Of a stretch of 64,000 bases of DNA, positions 29,425 through 36,062 are shown piece after piece (within the stretch, counting starts at the first letter, position 1; the number at the start of each line of letters is the position of its first letter). Location of the stretch: positions 1,623,893 to 1,687,892 of the forward strand of contig CBDDPL010000004.1 in assembly GCA_965232285.1 (NCBI GenBank), read 5' to 3'. Both the position numbers and the translations under genes were made by a program. This stretch comes from Denitrobaculum sp. (GTDB taxonomy: Bacteria > Pseudomonadota > Alphaproteobacteria > Kiloniellales > Kiloniellaceae). The notes under the pieces are model-generated. The model had not been told where the DNA came from. It did not search any database and was given only the letters and a program-made list of their open reading frames with translations.

Positions 29425-30723
29425 TTACTCCTTTTTTAGTCTGCTACTCACCCTGATCTCGATGCGACGCAGGTCCCGATTGTCAACATTCCGTTGCCTG
29501 GCCGCGATTTTGTAAGTCGTTGGCTGAAGCTGACCGGCGGAGTAGGGCACAATCGGAACTGTGCTGTACTCACCACCGAGTTGATTACGTAAGAAGTTGG
29601 CGGTGATTGCGGCGCGAGATAACCCCAACCCTGCGTTGTCACAGGCCCTCAATGATAATGATTTCTTTTTTTTGTTCAAACCCCTAGTGAGATGCTGGTT
29701 GAGATAGGGAACGAGATTGTGGTCCAGATCACTGGTACATTTCCATTTACCTCCGCTTTTGTACGGCAGGCCATCAGTATGACCAATTACTTCAATGACG
29801 GCTTGGGCGCCATTCTTTGTAATCTTTTTTATTTCATTAATAACAGCAGTCCTTCCCGCGACGCGTCGTTTCCCATCTAAGGACCAGCCGCTTATGAAGG
29901 TTCTCCGAAAGTCAGACGAGATTGAAGATTCGCTGCGTTGGAATGTGTATCCATCCTTGTCTGTTAGAAACAGCGATGTGGGCTGGTTAACTCTGGGAAT
30001 GCACTGCGCTGGATCTGGGCCGCAATTGGTTTTGTACTTGCCGAGTTCTACATCAGCTTTACCGGCCTCAGCCTTTGGGACGCAACCTGTCCGATCGTTG
30101 CCGCAGAGGTCGACAAATTCCTGAAGACGTTTTTCGAGATTCCGATGGTCTTCGAGCGACACGCAACCGTCGACCGTGGTGCCGCAAAGAAAGATGAACT
30201 CGTCCAGGTCATTTCTGACGGAATTGTGCTGTGAAATTTCTCTACAGTCATCCGGTGCGTTACCGCAGCGCTCAATAAATCGTTGGAGGAGGCCCTTAAG
30301 GTTTCGATAATCTTCCTCGGGCACACAGCCTTCCGTCGTCGGACCACAAAGAGAAATGAAATTGTCCAGTTCATTCTTCACTAAACTGTATCTTGGCAGT
30401 CCTACGCATTTGTCCGGTGTGCCGTCACAAAGTTTGTTGAAGATCTTGAGGGCAGCCGAAACACTGTCGTGTTCACTGCGTTCCACACATTCATCACCAT
30501 CTTTGCCGCATTTTTCAATCAAGTGGGCGAACTGCTCGATGCCTACGCACTTCTCTGGATCTTCGCCACAGGCTGCGCTGTATTGTTCCGCCAGCAATCC
30601 TTCGGTTGCCCAGACACTGCCGAGAAGGATTAGGCAGAAAAACAGAAAGAACAGGACAATTTCGCTCAGCGAAGTTGCAACGACATCCTCGTGATGACGT
30701 TTCTTAAAACGCCCTAGTCTCAT
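29425..30723 (-). CDS. MotB/OmpA-like protein: N-terminal TM helix with embedded Glu, eight C-x6-C repeats, C-terminal OmpA-type peptidoglycan-binding domain
   Basis: TM SLSEIVLFFLFFCLILL (Glu21). Repeats CGEDPEKC, CGKDGDEC, CDGTPDKC, CGPTTEGC, CGNAPDDC, CGTTVDGC, CGNDRTGC, CGPDPAQC. OmpA blocks VIGHTDGLPY, NAGLGLSRAAITANFL, DLRRIEIRV. Confidence 0.8.
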   Translation of the reverse strand: MRLGRFKKRHHEDVVATSLSEIVLFFLFFCLILLGSVWATEGLLAEQYSAACGEDPEKCVGIEQFAHLIEKCGKDGDECVERSEHDSVSAALKIFNKLCDGTPDKCVGLPRYSLVKNELDNFISLCGPTTEGCVPEEDYRNLKGLLQRFIERCGNAPDDCREISQHNSVRNDLDEFIFLCGTTVDGCVSLEDHRNLEKRLQEFVDLCGNDRTGCVPKAEAGKADVELGKYKTNCGPDPAQCIPRVNQPTSLFLTDKDGYTFQRSESSISSDFRRTFISGWSLDGKRRVAGRTAVINEIKKITKNGAQAVIEVIGHTDGLPYKSGGKWKCTSDLDHNLVPYLNQHLTRGLNKKKKSLSLRACDNAGLGLSRAAITANFLRNQLGGEYSTVPIVPYSAGQLQPTTYKIAARQRNVDNRDLRRIEIRVSSRLKKE

Positions 30724-32648
30724 GGTTCGTTCCTCAATCTAAGCCAACGGAGAAAACGCCGTGCTGCCCGCCCCAGCCGTGAGGAACGCTCGCTTTCCGC
30801 GCCATCCTTATTTTCTGCTTCTGTGAACACACGAAATTCTGACATCATCTTCTCAAGCGATGTACGCAGTTCGGCTAGATTGGCTGACAGGTCGGTTAAC
30901 TTGTCGCTGTGGACCTTTAGCCAATCTGGGTCGAATGCGGTGCCAGAGAGTTCTTGCGTGAGCCGACCGAAACCTTCGGTCACCAACTTCAGCGCTTCCT
31001 GGTTTGTGCCGAGGGCGTCGGAATACTTAGTAAACTCCTTGCTCAGGCGTTTTACGTCTTCGGCGTTCCCGCCAATCGCAGCATTGGTATCGCCGAAAGT
31101 CTTCACCAGTTCTTCGAGGCTTTGGTGGATCCGCCCGCTGTCTTCGGATATCCCGATGACTACCCGGTCGATAGCTCGCCCAAACTCGGCGTTGAATTCC
31201 TCGAAGGCGTTCGTGCCAATCTTCTCCGCCAAGTCCTGAAAACCGGAATCAACCCTGGTCCCACCGCTCTCGATGACATTGGTCAGGCTATCGATGGCTT
31301 GCTTGCTGTTCTCGCCGCCAGTCTCCAGGGTTGCCTTCAGGCGCAACAACTCGTTGCCAAGCTCACCTTTGCCGCTATCAATGGCGCCTTTGAGGTCGCT
31401 CAGTGAGGAGCCAGCGCCTTCTGTGTGATTGACGATCGTCTCCTGGAACCCGGTCAGCGCTGCCGCACTGCTCTGCGCGCCTTCGGTTATTGTATCGGCA
31501 AGTTCGCGCAGTTCGTCGGCAACAGCCTTCGCGCGCTCAAGTACCTCTTCGCGTCGTGTCCTTAGGGCCTCGCCGAGCGCCGTGATCTCCGCATCGACGC
31601 GCGCCAAGGCGAGCTTAGCCGCTTCTGCCATCTGCTTTGCGATCAGCTTCTGATCTATCTCGACGTTGGAAATTTCCTGCGCTTTGGTCTTCAAGTTGCC
31701 GGCCACTTCGCCAACAGCGTCCTTTATCACTTGGCCGGAACCGGAAACCGCTTTCTTTGTGTGGTGCACTGTGGTCCGGAAAGTTTTGACGCTTATTGAC
31801 AGCGTATGAAGTTCGGCGGTTGCCTTGTTAACATGCTCCCGGAGAGTGGCGATAATCTGCTCGTCGTCGACGTCCTCTTGGGCGGTGATTGAGAGAACAA
31901 GTACCTGACGAAGGAAGAGCGCAAAAACCGTTGATGAGAGGGCAATAGCATTCTGCATGACAACTGTCGACAGAGTGACACCGGCGAAACGGCCGGACTG
32001 ACTTAGCGCAAAAATCAGGCTTATCAGAGTCAGAATAAAGCCAAAAAAGTAAATCGAATCGGCCCATTTCCTCTGAGCCTCTGGTCCTTGGTTAGGAAAC
32101 AAAAGAAATATAGTGTGTATTACTTCAAATAAGATGTTTGTGCGGGGTAAGTAGCGATTTACAGGCTGTCGAAGTCGGCATATAGATAAATAGCTAAAAT
32201 ACAGTAAAACAAAAATCCCATTCGCAACCGTTACCCTAAATATATCTGATGTTATTATTTGTCCCTCGAAATGCCTTCTGAGCTTTTTATCGTCTAGTTT
32301 TTTTTGTTCATGAGGGTTTTTTAAGTCATCTGGTAAAGGTATGCCGGCATCGGAATACTTTTTTGTAAGTTCAAAATTCGTGAGATCCTTTTTGTCGATC
32401 TGCAACGCATTAAATGTAGAATAGATAGCTTCTGAAATCGGTTTCTGTTCAACTATGTCGGCATAGAAGATGCCAGATACTTGTGGTCCATCCGGATCGG
32501 TTGTTGCTGGTAGTTGAGCGTAAAAGTTGTATGTTGCGGCAAATCCAACAAAAATCATGAAAATCAGAGTGAGAACACACGCGGCGCCTGTACTCTCTCT
32601 GGGGGGGGCGTTTGCACCACTCACTGATGGTGAATCTAAAGCTGTCAC
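30720..32648 (-). CDS. MotA/ExbB/TolQ-like membrane protein with ~390-aa C-terminal coiled-coil tail (ZorA-like architecture)
   Basis: TM helices at about aa 22-43, 138-157, 171-185, 198-216 and 224-254. SIYFFGFILTLISLIFAL ... QNAIALSSTVFALFLRQV resembles the conserved helix pair of the MotA/ExbB channel. The tail is A/E/K/L/T-rich. ATGA overlap with the downstream gene. GTG start uncertain. Confidence 0.7.
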   Translation of the reverse strand: MTALDSPSVSGANAPPRESTGAACVLTLIFMIFVGFAATYNFYAQLPATTDPDGPQVSGIFYADIVEQKPISEAIYSTFNALQIDKKDLTNFELTKKYSDAGIPLPDDLKNPHEQKKLDDKKLRRHFEGQIITSDIFRVTVANGIFVLLYFSYLSICRLRQPVNRYLPRTNILFEVIHTIFLLFPNQGPEAQRKWADSIYFFGFILTLISLIFALSQSGRFAGVTLSTVVMQNAIALSSTVFALFLRQVLVLSITAQEDVDDEQIIATLREHVNKATAELHTLSISVKTFRTTVHHTKKAVSGSGQVIKDAVGEVAGNLKTKAQEISNVEIDQKLIAKQMAEAAKLALARVDAEITALGEALRTRREEVLERAKAVADELRELADTITEGAQSSAAALTGFQETIVNHTEGAGSSLSDLKGAIDSGKGELGNELLRLKATLETGGENSKQAIDSLTNVIESGGTRVDSGFQDLAEKIGTNAFEEFNAEFGRAIDRVVIGISEDSGRIHQSLEELVKTFGDTNAAIGGNAEDVKRLSKEFTKYSDALGTNQEALKLVTEGFGRLTQELSGTAFDPDWLKVHSDKLTDLSANLAELRTSLEKMMSEFRVFTEAENKDGAESERSSRLGRAARRFLRWLRLRNEP

Positions 32649-32952
32649 AGCGAAATAGCCAAAGTTGCATTTTAAGAAAGACAGGAACGCTAATGGCGAA
32701 TCGATGTGTTGGCAACCCCTTTTGCTTGAATATATTAGATTGGCAATATTCTATAAGTTGCTAAATTTAAGTTAGAACTGGCAAGTGAAGTTGATTGTTT
32801 GTGCCGCTGGCTGTCCTGACGACTTTGTAAGCTCTACGTTTTTCGATTTGCGGTAAACGGCTAAGCACGCTCTGATTTGCTACAATCTGGGATGTTGGAA
32901 TCTGCTCAGTCGGAATCTGCTGCCAAGTCGTCACAAAGATTCCTTGGGTCCT

Positions 32953-33208
32953 TAATTTTCTGATGTATAATTCATTGGCACGAAGATAATAAAATTAAAA
33001 ACTTTGGATAATTTTTTTATTTATTTTTTCATGAATAATAATTAAAACAATATATAATAAATTATTTAATTGTATTTCATAAAATTATTGAATTTTCCGA
33101 AATATTACATCTTAATAATTTGATTTGATGTGGATTTGACAGAATTTTACTAATTTTAAAGTAAATATATGTATTTTCGATAAATATAAATTTTAACAAA
33201 TTTTAATT
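32953..33208. other. extreme AT-rich tract (~250 bp, about 85-90 % A+T by eye)
   Basis: TTAATTTTCTGATGTATAATTC...AATAAAATTAAAAAC...TAAATATAAATTTTAACAAATTTTAATT. Lies upstream of the ZorA-like operon. Confidence 0.85.
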
Positions 33209-33340
33209 GCTGGCTTTCTTGTTTTTGCGATCTTTGCTTTTTTGACGTTCTTCATAGCTTTCGGCTAAATACAGCGCTAGCAGAAAGGGAGCTGCAATCA
33301 ACACCATCAACAAGAAGGGGTTGGCCAAAATACTCATCAT
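33203..33340 (-). CDS. possible 45-aa membrane peptide
   Basis: Not in the ORF track (<60 aa). ATGATG start preceded by GGAAGGATTGAGG. Translates to MMSILANPFLLMVLIAAPFLLALYLAESYEERQKSKDRKNKKASN: one TM helix plus a basic tail. Confidence 0.35.
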   Translation of the reverse strand: MMSILANPFLLMVLIAAPFLLALYLAESYEERQKSKDRKNKKASN

Positions 33341-33552
33341 CAACCTCAATCCTTCCGATCACCAAAGTTGTAGAAAACCAAACAGATGTACTTGTTGTTT
33401 GCTAACATCGCGTTAAGATTGTGCAAGATATTCGATATATATTTGAATCAATTTTTTGCTATTTTACTTATTATAAAATACCACGCTTAGCGTATTAGTA
33501 AATACGCTTCTGAATATTGTCCCAGAAAGAACACAACTCGCTTGAGTGGGTT

Positions 33553-33616
33553 GGGGTCCGGTCTTGTTTTGTGCATAAGCGGTGCTGAAAAATGAAGGAA
33601 ACAAGATCTGGCCCTA
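33553..33616. repeat. palindromic junction element, copy a
   Basis: Left arm GGGGTCCGGTCTTGTTTTGTGC, spacer with CTGAAAAA, diverged right arm GAAACAAGATCTGGCCC. Confidence 0.7.
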
Positions 33617-33651
33617 AATCTCTGTCAGAGTGAGCAGTCTTTCCCGGCTTA

Positions 33652-33957
33652 CTAGAAACCATCAAGCAGAACGAAGATCGGCAGGAAGATGGTCATCATA
33701 GCGCCCATGACGTATAAGCCGCCGATGTAGGTCCAGAAGAGGCGCGGATTTTTGCTTCTGTAAATCCAGGCGCCGCCCGATCCGGGAGACGCGAAACCGC
33801 GCTTGATGTCGCGCAGCCCAATGAAAATGACGGATACACCCAGCAGCACGGGGACGGGCAACGCCCAGATGGTCTTGAGGTAGAGAGGGAAGAACTCCTG
33901 CAACAGACAGCCGTAGGCCAGGGCCGCGCAAAAGGAGATGAGGAAAAACTTAAACAT
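33652..33957 (-). CDS. 101-aa three-TM membrane protein, copy 1
   Basis: MFKFFLISFCAALAYG...; three hydrophobic helices. About 94 % identical to the product of 39058..39363. Confidence 0.65.
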   Translation of the reverse strand: MFKFFLISFCAALAYGCLLQEFFPLYLKTIWALPVPVLLGVSVIFIGLRDIKRGFASPGSGGAWIYRSKNPRLFWTYIGGLYVMGAMMTIFLPIFVLLDGF

Positions 33958-34082
33958 GGCGGCGCTTCCCAGGGTTTAGACGGCTTGCAGCGGGGTGACT
34001 GTCGATCCGTGCAGCTTTGTCAGACCTTTGCGCAAAAGCCCTTCGAACGACTTCTTTACCGCATTGTCTTGAATTGTATGTG

Positions 34083-34176
34083 CCTGTGGGGTCAGGTCTT
34101 AAATTGTGCCTGTGGGGTCAGGTCTTAAATTATGCGCAAGCGAAGTTGAAAAAGCACAAAACAGGACCTGACCCTA
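34083..34176. repeat. palindromic junction element, copy b (left arm tandemly duplicated)
   Basis: 26-nt unit CCTGTGGGGTCAGGTCTTAAATT(G/A)TG x2 (34083-34134). Spacer AAGCGAAGTTGAAAAA. Right arm GCACAAAACAGGACCTGACCC (34154-34174). Confidence 0.8.
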
Positions 34177-34306
34177 GATCTCCATTCGCCACGCGCACGG
34201 ACCAGGGCTGGCTGCCGCCCTCCGCGAAGGATGTCGACGCGGTGCTGGCGGAGCACGCCAAGGCGACCGAAGCATAGCAGGGGGCGCCGGGTCCTGTGCT
34301 TGAGCG

Positions 34307-35026
34307 CTAAGTGAGTTGGCGTAAGGCCGACCTGCGCCGCCGCACGAAGCCGAGGCCCGCGAGACCGAAACCGAAGAGCGCCAGCGTGGCTGGTTCAGGC
34401 ACGGCGGCGATGTCAGGAATGTCGACGAAATCCGGCACCGAAGGATCAATTCTGACCTGCTGTAAGGCGAGTGTCGCGTTATCGTCCAGGTCGAACAGAA
34501 CGTTGTTAAAGTGGATGTCGAGAAAGCCGAGGCCGGGGGCCAATCCCGCCTGTTTCTGGCTGACGTCAAAACGCCAGGTCAGTATGCCGGCGTCAAGCAG
34601 CACAGGCCGATCAAAGATGTTGTCAGCGAATACAGAAACGTCGGGGGCGCCGCCATCGAGGCCGGTGAACAGCAGATCGCCATCCTCCCGTGGCCAAGTT
34701 ATTTCCGCATTGTTGCTCGTCGTCGCGAAGGTGAGCGTGATTTCCCAGGGATTTGGCGGGGGCGGAAAGCCGGGGAAGGGCGGGGGGCCAAAACCAGGAT
34801 CGCTCAACACGATGCGTGGGCCGAAAAGGATATCGATATCTGTCGTGGCGGTGCCAGTGGCATTGAGTGGAATAACGCCTGCACCTCCATTGACGTCGAT
34901 GCAGGTAGCGCTGCCGTCACAGGCAGCGACGGAAACATCGTCGGGGGTGAGAGTCAGCGCATGGGTTGCCGAGGCACCGCATAGCAGGAAGATGCTAGTA
35001 AAGCCTAATGCAAATAACCGTTTCAT
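34307..35026 (-). CDS. PEP-CTERM sorting-domain secreted protein
   Basis: Signal peptide MKRLFALGFTSIFLLCGASATHA (start ATG 35026). C-terminal VPEPATLALFGFGLAGLGFVRRRR = PEP motif + TM + basic tail. Confidence 0.8.
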   Translation of the reverse strand: MKRLFALGFTSIFLLCGASATHALTLTPDDVSVAACDGSATCIDVNGGAGVIPLNATGTATTDIDILFGPRIVLSDPGFGPPPFPGFPPPPNPWEITLTFATTSNNAEITWPREDGDLLFTGLDGGAPDVSVFADNIFDRPVLLDAGILTWRFDVSQKQAGLAPGLGFLDIHFNNVLFDLDDNATLALQQVRIDPSVPDFVDIPDIAAVPEPATLALFGFGLAGLGFVRRRRSALRQLT

Positions 35027-35270
35027 AATGTGAACCCTCCAGTTATTTGTTTGTAGGCTATTGATGCTTGCCGGCGCCGTCATTCCTCGAAATTCGAATA
35101 GGGCTATACAGGATTTTTGCAACGCTTTGGCGCAAGCGATGGGAGCCCGCGTGAATGAGCGGGACTATCCACAGGCGGAGCTTTGTTTCCGCGCTGCGGC
35201 CGCCATTGGAACGCGCAGGCGCCGATCAAGGATCTCTTCTGATCGAAACAAGCAGCGCAAGGAGCAGGAG

Positions 35271-35782
35271 TCCGCCGCCGGGTCCTGGAATGCTCCCCCG
35301 GCTTTGAGGTGATAGAGATCGGCTGCCCCGCCGACCACATAACCTGTATCGATCATGAGATGCCGTTGCCCAACGGCAGTGTGAACCCGGATCGGGTGTT
35401 CGATGGGCAACGCTTTGTGAGGCATGACGCGGACAAGGCGGTCTGGCAGGCGGGGCGTCTGGAAGGGGTCGAGGTAAGGGACATCGGGATTGCCGCGGCG
35501 ACCGACGGCCTGGCGAGCGCGCAGGTCTGGCGCTTAGGGCCGGGGGTGACTGCTGTGCCGGCGGTGAAGCATGCGGCGGAGTTTGTGTTCTATTTCCCGC
35601 TGGAGAGGACGGCGACTCTGGAAGCCGAAGGGCAGAGGGCGCGGGCCTTGGGCGTTGGTGATAGCTTCGTCATTCCGGACGGCATGGTCTTTGGAATCGA
35701 GTGTACGTCGGAGGATGTGGAACTGCTGGAGGTGGCGCTTCCGGCAGGTTACTCCTTCGATCCCGCCGACCCGCGGATCTGA
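35271..35782 (+). pseudogene. 5'-truncated paralogous copy of the 3' end of the cupin gene
   Basis: Collinear with 28822-29333. The product of ORF 35309..35782 is about 80 % identical to the C-terminal 157 aa of the 373-aa cupin protein. No N-terminal two thirds present. Confidence 0.75.
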
Positions 35783-35901
35783 GTTAAGTACTATCTCCCC
35801 TGATCTCATTGTCGGCTGTACGGGTTGAGTACTGTGTTCTGCGAACTGCGCAGGGCTTGGCGGCGATGCCTCATGCGGCTGGACGGACGCTTTAGGACTC
35901 T

Positions 35902-35942
35902 AAAGGGACGTGATGTTGCTGGGTTAAGTTTCACGTCCCTTT
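35902..35942. terminator. bidirectional terminator-like hairpin between cupin fragment and Hint-domain gene
   Basis: 12-bp stem AAAGGGACGTGA/TCACGTCCCTTT with a 17-nt loop. The A/T ends of the stem give short U tracts in both directions. Confidence 0.4.
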
Positions 35943-36062
35943 AACTCGTCAGGTTGATGACGCAGGATTCGTCCTTGTCCTCAATACCTTTTTCCTGCGT
36001 GCGTGCGTGCGTTTATAGGCCGCGAATTGAGCAGGATCCCCATTTTACATAATCGAAACTTG

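Larger units (their letters stand above)
33553..34080. repeat. 0.53-kb direct repeat, copy 1 (contains 101-aa gene copy 1)
   Basis: Aligns along its full length with 38958-39486 at roughly 90-95 % identity by eye. Similarity ends sharply after GAATTGTATG. Confidence 0.85.
29340..35270. mobile_element. lower-GC inserted segment between the cupin gene and a diverged copy of its 3' end
   Basis: Composition drops abruptly after the cupin stop codon. The segment ends at the 512-bp cupin 3' paralogous fragment (35271-35782). No recombinase gene present. Confidence 0.4.
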
